DNA from: Macrostomum lignano
Taxonomy: Eukaryota
DNA: 64,000 bases
NCBI GenBank assembly: GCA_002269645.1
Contig: NIVC01000566.1
Span: 372,001 to 436,000 of the forward strand
Direction of reading: 5' to 3'
The translations under genes were made by a program, and so were the position numbers. Position 1 is the stretch's first letter; every line of letters begins with the position of its first letter. The notes under the pieces were generated by a model. The model saw only the letters and a program-made list of their open reading frames with translations, had not been told where the DNA came from and searched no databases. Shown here one piece after another: positions 49,745-62,642 of the stretch.

Positions 49745-52226
49745 CGAGTGGAACTCCTCCTTCGGAGGAGAAAGGGGAAGAACTCCCATCACCGGAATTC
49801 TATTCCCTGTAATATCCATCAACTGAAATTCCATGTCTTTAACCCTATCTTCCAAATCGTCTCCAAATTCTTTACAAAATCTTTCAAAGACCATAGCTCA
49901 AAGACTCTCAAGTCTCTCGTATCTCCTCTCTCCTCTCTCTCATCTCATTTCTACCCCTGCTCCCTTATTTATCTCTTCTCCCTCGTCTTTCGTCTGTACC
50001 TTCTCCTGTCTTCTGTCTCCTCTCTTCACTCTTATCTCTCCCTCTTCTCTCCTCTCTCATATGTCATCTCTACTCACTTATCTATCGTCTCTCTTAACCC
50101 TCTCTCTCTCTTCTCTTTTCTCTTCTCTCTGCTCTCATTTCTCATATTTCATATACGCTCTGACACTACTTTCTTGTCTCCCATCTTTCTTCCTCCTTTT
50201 CACTATCCCCTGTCTCTTCTCTTCTCTCTTTTCTATTCTCTCCATTCTCTCTTTTCTCCTTTCCTTGCTCCTTTTATCTCTCTCCTCTCTCCTCACTCTC
50301 TTCTCCTTTCGCTTCTCTCTCCTCTCTCTCCTCTCATCTTTACTACCTTATTTATATCTTCTCCCTAGTCTTTCGTCTGTACTCTCTCCTGTCTCCTCTC
50401 TCCCCTCCTCTCTCATCCCTCATCTCCTCATCTCACTCTTTCTTTCTCCTCTACTCTCCCCTCTCTTCTATTGCCTCTGTACGCTCTTATCCCTCATCTA
50501 TTCTCTCTCCTATCATCTCCAATCTGTCATGTCTAATCTCTCCACTCAATTATACTCTGTTTTCTATCATCTCTTCTCTCTTCTCTTTTCAGTCTTCTCT
50601 TTACTCTCTTCTCTGACTGATTGAAGATGCCAAATCCATCAAGATCCTCTCCGCGAAGCAAAAATCCTGTCTGTGCAACTAAAAACCATCGAAATCCTCT
50701 CAGTGAAACTGGACTCCTTCGAAATCCTCTCCTTGAAACCTGAATCCATCAAAATTGTTTCCATAAAACAGAAATCAATCATAAATTATCTCAGCGAAAC
50801 AGAAAGCCTCTCCGTGAAGCTGAACATGATCGAAATCCTCTCCGTGAAACTGAACACCATGGAAATCCTTTCGTGAAACTGAACATCATCGAAATCCTCT
50901 CCACGAAACAGAAATCTTCTCCGTCAGAATTTAAACATTGAAATCGTCTCTGCTAAACTTGACTTAATCGAATTTTTTCCGTCAAACAACTCAACTCGCC
51001 AGATTCATTAGGGTTAGCGTTAGGGTTAGGGTTAGGGTTAGAACTACGCACAGCTTCGTGTTAAAAGGCACAGATAAAAATATTGAACTAATTGAATCAA
51101 TTCATTGCGCAACCGATTTCACAGTCAGTCAGTATCAGCCTCAGGTAAAGTTAACAAAAACATTGCGCAATCTAAATCAACCCTCCAATACACAGCAGCA
51201 GTGAGAAGTTGAACCCTTCCCCCAACAATCTTTGCAGATTAAAGTACAATCTTTGCAGAAAGTTAAAAGTATGGAAATAGTTTTTCAAATGCTGTGCTTT
51301 TTCTTTTCATATTTAAAGCAAACAACTTATTTCCCCGAACTCAGCGTTGCAAGATCTTTCCAGCAATATAAGTCTCTTCTCTCAAAGTTTAAAACTCGAG
51401 GAACAGTTAGCGTTTGAAACTGTCTGATTTATAGCATTGAAGTATCGAGTGTACGTTCACTGCCTGCTTGCAAGATGATGCATTGAATTTCAATGTCCAA
51501 CAAATACACAGGACTGCCCATTGAAAGGCAGGAAAACTTATCAGTAGCCATATCATTGCGCAATTATCTATAAAGTCAGCCAGTGAGCTAGGGTTGACAA
51601 ATTGAAATCAAGAAATTTTCTATGACAAATTGCTCTGATGCAGTTGAGATTTCGGAACAGAAAATTATACCATTCTGTTCAGTTTTTCAAACTCTTTCCA
51701 ACGGTGTGATTCACTTTTCTGTAGCTTGAAAATTAAAAGCAGAAATTAAGGTGCAAGTTTTCCCGTTTCTTACTTGCAGAGCGCAATGTACACTCTGTGA
51801 TGAGTTAAAAAATCAAGCCATCCATTCTCGCGCAGTGTGCACCTCCACCCCTTTTTAACACTGAGCAAGTAGGCCGCCAATTCTCAAGTGCCGGCGACCC
51901 TCCCCCAGCTGAAATGAAATACACTGCAGAGATAGGAGAAAAGTTGTGGCGCAACCATACAAAATAGCGTCAAGTGGGAAGTCCATGGAATGCGATATAT
52001 AGACATCTGGTCTGGCTGTCTGGTTTGTGCTGTTTTCTGCTTTTTTGAAGCACTTAAAATTGAAATTTGAAAATGAATTTTAAATTGTAGCATCGTCGGG
52101 ACATTTGACATGTTTTGGTACCGGTTTGAAAGTTGAGTTGCAAGAATCCTAGGAGGAGATCGTCGACAAACCCGGCCCACCGGCCCACCCTACCACCGGA
52201 CCACGACGTCAGCTTTAGTAAAGAGA
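49745..52226 (-). mobile_element. Non-autonomous chimeric Helitron unit 3 (~2.5 kb)
   Basis: 5' TCTCTTTACTAAAG at 52226, preceded by extra TC dinucleotides, with ~630 bp shared 5' end. 3' CTCCTCC-GAA-GGAGGAG-TTCCA-CTCG at 49745. Same internal modules as unit 2. Confidence 0.88.
51008..51041. repeat. Interstitial telomere-like (TTAGGG)n
   Basis: TTAGGGTTAGCGTTAGGGTTAGGGTTAGGGTTAG, at the position homologous to 48188-48217. Confidence 0.9.
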
Positions 52227-53574
52227 GAGAGAGAGAGGATATCACCGTGTCATGATATCTGAGCCTTTTTGCTGCACTTATTCGTGATATATTCCAGCAA
52301 AACTGTATATACGGGTGACGAGCGTACAGTAGTTGTCTAAGATTCCCTATAGCTACACCATTATACCGTTATCTACTTTGATTTTAAGATTCAGTTGTTT
52401 CTACTAATATTCGTATTTTGTTTTTGTTTTTTTATTAGTCTAGCATAAACAGTTTGCTAATAGTTATTCGCTTATTCAGAAAAGTTTGGCTTTGTAACCT
52501 TCTTATTCAGAAAAGTTATTTTTTTCTTTCAATTCTAATTCAAGAACAGACTCCATTTCGTAATTCGTCCGTATAGTGGTAAGTTGACTTGACTTTTTAA
52601 AGAAAAATGTATCGTGCTTTCGTTTTGAAATACCATTTCATGTACATGTATTCGTTGTACAAAGTTACAAATTGGACTTGATGCATAAGTAGCCACAGCA
52701 GAGCAGACAATTTTAAATATGCGTATATGTAAAAGAGCAACCACTTTTAACTTATTGATCTGTTTCTAAGAAGCTAAAATCAGTGCGGATGTGTTACTGC
52801 GCTATTTTGATTATCGTGGTCATCGTGACCATTTGCGATTGTCTACCGCCAAGGGATGAGGTGGGCCTCTTGTTTTAACGAAAATATGATTGACCTTGAC
52901 ATCTATTCTCAACATCTGTTAAAACGTTTAATTTATCTTAAATTTTCTAGATAGATGCAGCTGTGAGCACTGCATCAAGAATTTATTCTCATCCAACAAG
53001 CTTTCGACAGTCGCTACCTGTTTATAGATACCTGTGCAATATCCTAAAAATTAGAAATTGTCTTCGAACTCGCGCCATCCTATGGAATCGCATCTGTAGG
53101 TCTGGAGCTTTTCCACACGAAAGTAATAATTCGAGAAGAGCTAAATCACGGCCAAAAAACGATAAGAAGGATTCAGGAGATAAAAGAACAACTCATGAAC
53201 GTCAGAACACGAGCCGGCGTAAAACCAGGCCAAACATGCGTAATCTTGAACAGTCTGCAAGCAGTTCCAGCCAGTGTGTAGATGAGGCCATACATATGAA
53301 ATACATGTACATGTAGCTCCAATAAATCTTGAGAATCGGACCGATGATGTGAACTCGATTGGTGCATGTACATCCAGCTGCTCATCTTCAAGTACATATG
53401 TGCCAGAAAATCGAGATACAGATCGAGATTCCAACGAATAACTGTGCGACGAAAAATCGAAATCGGTGAAGATGGTATTCGTCACATTGCGATTTGCGGC
53501 TATAGAAAGAGACGGAGCTAGGGCGTCGCTTTAAGTTTTCCCGTCCCAGTACGAATGAAGCTGTATGCCGTGCA

Positions 53575-53892
53575 ATGAAACGTATCGCAACATGTTGTTT
53601 GCGAATGACGGGCTACAATCACATAAAATTACTAGATTCTAGAAAAGCCAGGCAGAATTTTTGGACAATAAATATCGAATGCAAAATTGAAGGCTGTCAT
53701 CGAGAATACAAATTGGTAATGAAGCATCCACCAGGATCAGAACAGAGATGGCAATGGGAAGTTGAAATTTTTGGAGAGCTGAATCATGCATATGCACAAG
53801 TCGGCTGTTTCAGACGTACAACGAGAGCAGAGCGAAATGAATTTTACTCTGATATCAAGGAGATTGGAGCGACAGAAGCGTATGTATTTTAA
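53575..53892 (+). pseudogene. Possible DNA-transposase N-terminal Zn-finger fragment
   Basis: CKIEGC-x27-NH spacing reminiscent of WRKY/FAR1/MULE-type Zn fingers. The upstream frame has stops and the ORF ends just before the LINE. Confidence 0.3.
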
Positions 53893-53919
53893 ATGGAACA
53901 CAATGGAACACAAATAACA

Positions 53920-55404
53920 TCGAAGTGCCAATCGAGGCGCTGCGCATCAACTGCGTGGCCACTGAGGTCACCCGTGTGATCAACAGAGTGCTTGCCGGAG
54001 GTCCCGCGCCTACCGAATGGACCATGACACACATCGTCGGCATACCAAAGAAGCCTGGCACCACCAAGCTGGAGGAACACCGAGGAATCTGCCTAATGTC
54101 CATCGCCGCGAAGCTGTTCAACCGGCTCCTGCTTACCCGGTTGCAGCCCGTGCTGGATCCCTACCTGCGGACCGAGCAGAACGGGTTCCGGCCAAGACGC
54201 GGCACTGTTACGCAGATCCTGGCCCTTCGGCGAATCATCGAGGAGGCGCGCACGCGCCAGTCAAGCCTGATCGTGGTCTTCGTCGACTTCAGGAAGGCTT
54301 TCGACTCGGTTGCCAGAAGCGCGCTTCCACTGGTGCTCAGAGCGTACAACGTGCCGCAGCAACTGGTCAATGCTACGATGGCGCTGTACCAGAACACCAG
54401 AGCTGCGGTGGTGACGCCAGATGGCCTCTCGGACACCTTCGACACGTCATCCGGAGTGCTCCAGGGGGACACGCTGGCGCCCTTCCTGTTTGTACTGGTT
54501 CTAGACTGGGTGCTGCGGACTACCCTACCAACAGCCGACGATGGCTTCCTCCTGCAACGCCGTGTGGGCCGCCGCCAGCCAGAGCGTCGCCTCAGCATCC
54601 TGGGCTACGCTGATGATCTCGCTCTGCTGTCCTTAACCGTCGAGGGCGCCCAACGTCAGCTGGACCGTCTGGCTGGCGTTGCTGCGAGCGTTGGCCTGGT
54701 GATCAACACACAAAAGACCGTCGTGCTCACCATGCTCACCAACATCCAAGCCGACATCTACTGCCGAGGCGCTGATGGGCAGGCAACGCTGTTGCCGCGC
54801 GTTCAGCAGTTCGTGTACCTCGGCGGCCTGGTACCCGATGCCTTCGACGACCTGAGGCGTCGCCGTGGACTCGCTTGGGCGGCCTTCAGCTCCATGAGGA
54901 CCGTCCTGCACTCTGCGGCCCTGCCAGACCGCCAGCGCTCGGCGTTGTTCCAGGCGGTGATCGAGACCGTCCTGCTCTACAACGCTGAAACATGGACGCT
55001 GACGGAGACGCTCGAGCGACAGGTCGACGCGGCGCACGCCGGCCTGCTGCGCGCTGCCTTCAAGATCGGCGGCGGCGAGCATGTCACCAACGCGGCACTG
55101 TACGCCCGAGCTCGCCTGGCCCGCCCCAGCGATCTGCTTCGCCGCCGGCGGCTCCAGCTGGCAGGCCACCTCATCCGCGCTGAGGCGTACTGCCCCGAGC
55201 CGGCGCAGGAGGCGCTGCTGCTTGCGCTCCCGGCGCCCCTCCGGCGGGGGCAGGCACGCACTCGGCGGTATCCGGACTGCCTGCTGGCCGATGCTGGCGC
55301 CCCCGACCAGGCCGGTGGACCGGCCTTTCTCCGCTCCCGTGCTCTGAGGCGCGACCTGTGACGCCCAACATCGACCCTGGGGCGTAACTTGTTGTTGTTG
55401 TTGT
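53920..55404 (+). mobile_element. 5'-truncated non-LTR retrotransposon, RTE/RTE-X clade
   Basis: RT ORF followed by a short 3' UTR and (TTG)n tail at 55389-55404; possible 6-bp TSD ATAACA (53914-53919 / 55405-55410); no endonuclease domain. Confidence 0.9.
53925..55361 (+). CDS. LINE reverse transcriptase (478 aa, N-terminally truncated)
   Basis: Motifs IPKK..HRGICL, EQNGFRPRR, FVDFRKAFDSV, GVLQGDTLAPFLF, GYADD, YLG. Confidence 0.95.
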   Translation: MPIEALRINCVATEVTRVINRVLAGGPAPTEWTMTHIVGIPKKPGTTKLEEHRGICLMSIAAKLFNRLLLTRLQPVLDPYLRTEQNGFRPRRGTVTQILALRRIIEEARTRQSSLIVVFVDFRKAFDSVARSALPLVLRAYNVPQQLVNATMALYQNTRAAVVTPDGLSDTFDTSSGVLQGDTLAPFLFVLVLDWVLRTTLPTADDGFLLQRRVGRRQPERRLSILGYADDLALLSLTVEGAQRQLDRLAGVAASVGLVINTQKTVVLTMLTNIQADIYCRGADGQATLLPRVQQFVYLGGLVPDAFDDLRRRRGLAWAAFSSMRTVLHSAALPDRQRSALFQAVIETVLLYNAETWTLTETLERQVDAAHAGLLRAAFKIGGGEHVTNAALYARARLARPSDLLRRRRLQLAGHLIRAEAYCPEPAQEALLLALPAPLRRGQARTRRYPDCLLADAGAPDQAGGPAFLRSRALRRDL

Positions 55405-56212
55405 ATAACAAGGACAACTAGTTAAAGCAACGTATTTACAGGACGCGACACTCACATAAATTTGCTAAGTCCTATACCTAAAAACCATTAAAATTGCACG
55501 GCTCAGCTCATTGGTTTTATGAATCTATTTTGCCATTCTTTAGCGACTGCCCGTGTAACAAATACATGTATGTGTAAACAGAGATGATAAAATAGATTCA
55601 TAAAAACATGCAAAAACTTGAGCTGTGCCGCATCTTTATGATTTATGACCAGAGCGGAGATAGAAATAAAATTATTAAGCTCAGCTTGGAAGAGGTTAAC
55701 GTCGCATATTTGGCGGCTCTGAAAACTTATCCGAATAATTTCAGATTTTCATGTGTCTTTCTCCTAATTGCCAAAGTTTCGGGTGCACGATTGTACTTTA
55801 AAATTCTGGCAGCTAAGGCCGGCGGCTATAGGGGAGAGGATTCAGAGACGAGAGACTGAGAGCTGAGCTCAACCTTGTAGAGTACACACGGAGTTGCCAT
55901 GGCTGAGCAAGAGAATAACACTCTCTGGCCTGCACTTAGCAGAGGCGCTCTGCATGCTCACCAATTCTCTTCATTATTCACGCACGCATGAGGCGGAGAA
56001 GAAATTGCATGTACAGCTCACTACGCAGTCCTCTTTCTCTCCCCTCCCTAGTCTAGGAGTGTCTACTGTGTACCCGCCTTTTGCTTTTTTACCTTCCAAA
56101 AGTGATATAAAGCCGAACCACTAAAGGCGTCAGCATCCAAATTAGGCACACTCGTAAAACAGGCAAAAAGCTGTCTGTAATCCTGCTGTCTGCAATCCAC
56201 ACCGATCAAGCA

Positions 56213-58646
<2,434 letters not shown>

Positions 58647-59974
58647 GTGACCTGGGAAGTTGGGTCATGTCCCAATACTCAGTGACCTGGGAAGAGGGGT
58701 CATGTCCCAATACTAAGTGACCTGGGAAGAGGGGTTATGTCCCAATACTGAGTGACCTGGGAAGTTGGGTCATGTCCCAATACTCAGTGACCTGGGAAGA
58801 GGGGTCATGTCCCAATACTAAGTGACCTGGGAAGAGGGGTCATGTCCCAATACTAAGTGACCTGGGAAGAGGGGTTATGTCCCAATACTGAGTGACCTGG
58901 GAAGAGGGGTTATGTCCCAATACTGAGTGACCTGGGAAGTGGGGTCATGTCCCAATACTCAGTGACCTGGGAAGAGGGGCCATGTCCCAATACTCAGTGA
59001 CCTGGGAAGAGGGGCCATGTCCCAATACTCAGTGACCTGGGAAGAGGGGCCATGTCCCAATACTCAGTGACCTGGGAAGAGGGGCCATGTCCCAATACTC
59101 AGTGACCTGGGAAGAGGGGCCATGTCCCAATACTCAGTGACCTGGGAAGAGGGGCCATGTCCCAATACTCAGTGACCTGGGTAGAGGGGCCATGTCCCAA
59201 TACTCAGTGACCTGGGAAGAGGCTCTTTACTTTCATTAGATTTCGCTAATTGCAAACAATAAGATGTTTTTAAAGCCAATAACTATTGTGTAAAAAAATT
59301 AATGCATGACATTTTTGCAAATCACGATTGCGCCAAGAGTTTTTAGACAAGCGAATATGAGAAAACCATGAATCAGTAGGGTAAGAGCATTTTTTAGTTT
59401 TTTTTCAGCACCAAAGATAACAAAATAGCAAATTCCCTTTTGATTTCGTGTTATAACAAAATATATTTTCTATATTATATTATAGATTTTCCTTATCGCT
59501 TTAAATGCTTGTAAAAGTATACTTGAGTTCATAGGGAAGAGTTTTAATAACTATGCTTTTCCTCTTTGAATTGAGATTTGCTGGTGTTCTGCTCCGTTTT
59601 CATAGCTATATGCGTGGTAGTATTGATTCAGTCACTTCGAGTATTGGGTACTGAGCAGTCCAACCCAGGGGGTACCGATCGTACCGAGGACTTAAAATGC
59701 TTGTTTTCTCCACGGGATTATCACTCTTTGAAGTTGATTTCCTGTCTTCTCTATTGGGAGGAAAATCGTAAATATTGCTTTTAAAGTTTCAATCCCGTCT
59801 ACATCCAAGCTTTGCAGTGCAGTTGAGATTTTTTATCATAATTACTCGTCTAATACTCGTCAAAACTTGATAAAAACGAGAGTACCGAGTACGAAAAACC
59901 GAGTATCCCCTAGCACCGCGAGTACTCGCCCAGCTCTGGTTGCAATGTCTTTGGCTTCAAGGTACTTCGCTACT

Positions 59975-60250
59975 AGCTACTACTAATAATAGCTCAGCTG
60001 CAGCTATTGCGTGGCGCATCTGAAGGCTGCGTATGGCTGTTCAGTCCAAGGACTGGGGGGGGGTCGCCACACACAGCCTCAATTACCCCAGCTAATACTG
60101 GTACCTATTTTACAGCTGGATGAGAACTGAAGCAGTAAAGAGTTAGGTGTCATGCTCAACAACACAAATTGTTCCATTGGGATCGGGAATCGAACCCCCG
60201 ATCTTCAAGTCGTGAGTTAGACGCTCTAACCAGTAGGCTACAACCCCCGT
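59975..60250 (-). mobile_element. tRNA-derived SINE with CORE/Meta-like central domain
   Basis: Minus strand shows A box TAGCCTACTGGTTAG, B box GGTTCGATTCC, then TTGAGCATGACACCTAAC...CCAGCTGTAAAATAGGTACC and a short TAT/TAG tail. Confidence 0.75.
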
Positions 60251-60638
60251 TGTAGCTGCTAAATATATATGGTATACGTGTCAATTGTGTCAAAATATAT
60301 CTTGCGTCATCAAATCACAGATCTCGATGCCTCACGACACAAACCACACTGCCTACTGACTGCCTGACTGAATGCAACGTCAACTCAGACCGTTAAAACA
60401 AACATAGGCTAGTAATGGAGTTTTATAGAACTGCGAATGCCATCAATTTTTTGCTATTTTTCTTCACGAGTGATTGTATTACTAGTCAGAAAGATTAAAT
60501 AATCCAAGCATGCCAAATATGATTTAGGGAGGTGCGGTATATATTTTTACTTTAGCTTAAAGGCTGGAACAGCAGGTCAGGATCCACTTTGCAGTCCCAG
60601 AGAGAGCCAGTCAGCAGCGAATTCCGCTACTGACAATT

Positions 60639-62642
60639 TCAGACGCACGTGAACGACAGCTTTGTTGCCTTCCAGCAAATCCGTTTGTCTTCTTTTTTAG
60701 ACCGGCTTGAGCAGTACTCGCGGCAGTCAGCTTTGCCCAAGTCTTTCTCGGCCACAATGATGCCGTTTGGGCTGTGACTTCCGCAAGCATTGAACCACCA
60801 GCCAGCTCTTCCGTGAGTTTCCGAACATGACTCATTGCTCTTGTCATTGTCCCTATCGAATGTGCTGAACTCCATGTTGTCGTGGAGTTTCATATCACCA
60901 GTCAGATCGCCCGACTCAGCGTCGCCCACGCGCAGCTTGAAGTTCTCATCCTCTCCGCGAACCTGAAAATCTTTGTAGGTGCCTTTCTGAACTGTCCCGT
61001 CGAATTTCGTGGCTTGGAAAATCAGCTTGCAGCTTCGGTCCTTCGTGAGACTGGACAGCCGCTTCAGACCTGCGGGGTCCGTTGGGGTTGCATACCGTTG
61101 GTCCAGGGGCGTCGCCACCGGGGGACAAGGGGGGCATGCCCCCCTCCTAGTAAAGCTATGGGGGGGTCATGACAATGTGCTTTTTCCCACCCACCCCACC
61201 TTGTGGAAAGCAATAATTATGTTTCAGGGCGCTTAAATATGGCACCTGCGGCGCTAAAAGGAGTGCCTGCGGCGCTAAAATGAGTGCCTGCGGCGCTAAA
61301 ATGAGTGCCTGCGGTGCTAAAATGAGTGCCTGCGGTGCTAAAATGAGTGCCTGTGGCGCTAAAATGAGTGCCTGGCGCCAAAATGAGTGCCTGCGGTGCT
61401 AAAATGAGTGCCTGCGGTACTAAAAGGAGTGCCTGCGGTGCTAAAATGAGTGCTTGGGGTGCTAAAATGAGTGTCTGCGGTGCTAAAAGGAGTGCCTGCG
61501 GTGCTAAAATGAGTGCCTGCGGCGCTAAAATGAGTGCCTGCGGTGCTAAAATGTGTGCCTGTGGCGCTAAAATGAGTGCCTGCGGTGCTAAAATGTGTGC
61601 CTGTGGCGCTAAAATGAGTGCCTGCGGCGCTAAAATGAGTGCCTGGCACCAAAATGAGTGCCTGCGGCGCTAAAATGAGTGCCTGGCACCAAAATGAGTG
61701 CCTGCGGCGCTAAAATGAGTGCCTGGCACCAAAATGAGTGCCTGCGGCGCTAAAATGAGTGCCTGGCACCAAAATGAGTGCCTGCGGCGCTAAAATGAGT
61801 GCCTGGCACCAAAATGAGTGCCTGCGGCGTTAAATGAAATGAGTGCCTAGCGCCAAAATGAGTGCCTGCGGCGTTAAAATGAAATGAGTTCCTAGCGCCA
61901 AAATGAGTGCTGACAACACTGCCTCTCAAAATAATGTACATGTAGGAATTTAGTCATGTACATGTAAATATTTTTGCTTCCCCCACCATAAAATCCGTGG
62001 CGACACCCCTGGGTAGCTATAGTAGATGCAAATCACAAATCGCACAGCTGCCTCTAGTTCTGCTCTGAGAGCTGGAGTCCCAGCTCACTTACCCATCCAG
62101 TAATCCTCGTGGGGGAACCCGAAGCCCTCCGCATAGACCTCCCAGTTCTGTAGGAACGAGATGCTGTTGCCGCTGTGCTGCTGGAACACCACTTCGCCTA
62201 GCGCTGGCCGGCTCGCAGAATTGTCAGCTCTGAGGCTCTCAAAGCGACCGAAGTGCAAACCCACCGGCACGAATTGCACGGTTTTGTGAACAACTGAATT
62301 ATCCAGGTCGATAAACTTCTTGATACTGTTGCACCTGTCCTGATTGCCGCACTCAAAGATCAACTCGCCAGCAGTTCCACCTCTGGACACTCGGGCCGTC
62401 ACCCCGACTCCAAAATCCTTGCCTTTGTCCACTTTCACATCCAGCCCAGTGACTGTCGGCTGGTCATTCTGCGGGCCAACTGCCGCAATTTTGAAGGCCA
62501 GCATGACCTCATAGCTGCCGCTAAAGAAGTTGTAGCTGATTGTGGCGGGCTTGTCTACGAAGTCGACCTTGATGTCTTTTGCGAAGATCCCCAGTCCCTG
62601 GCAGAGTAAGATGACCAGGAGCATGACAGAACAAGACTGCAT
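60639..62642 (-). CDS. Secreted fibrinogen-related domain (FReD) protein, 2 exons, ~326 aa
   Basis: Exons 62642-62093 and 61069-60639. Signal peptide; VVFQQ..G.ISFLQNWEVYAEGFG...YWMGL, HDNMEFSTFDRDND, GWWFNAC..PNG. The exact 3' end is uncertain. Confidence 0.88.
61103..62012. mobile_element. MITE-like element (16-bp TIR, hAT-like CAGGGG ends) in FReD intron
   Basis: CCAGGGGCGTCGCCAC ... GTGGCGACACCCCTGG with one mismatch; no 8-bp TSD seen. Confidence 0.7.
61240..61910. repeat. 21-bp minisatellite GAGTGCCTGCGGTGCTAAAAT inside the MITE
   Basis: 7-aa periodic ORFs (GAKMSAC / AGTHFST). Confidence 0.95.

Noticed and set aside
46900-50876. Ser/Leu-rich 206-289-aa ORFs and ILSVKL-repeat ORFs
   Set aside because: They derive from CT-rich tracts and a 30-bp repeat.
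59880-59940. hAT-like end CAGAGCTGGGCGAGTACTCG (minus strand)
   Set aside because: No partner terminus could be located.
61359-61941. GAKMSAC/AGTHFST repeat ORFs
   Set aside because: Translations of the 21-bp intronic minisatellite.
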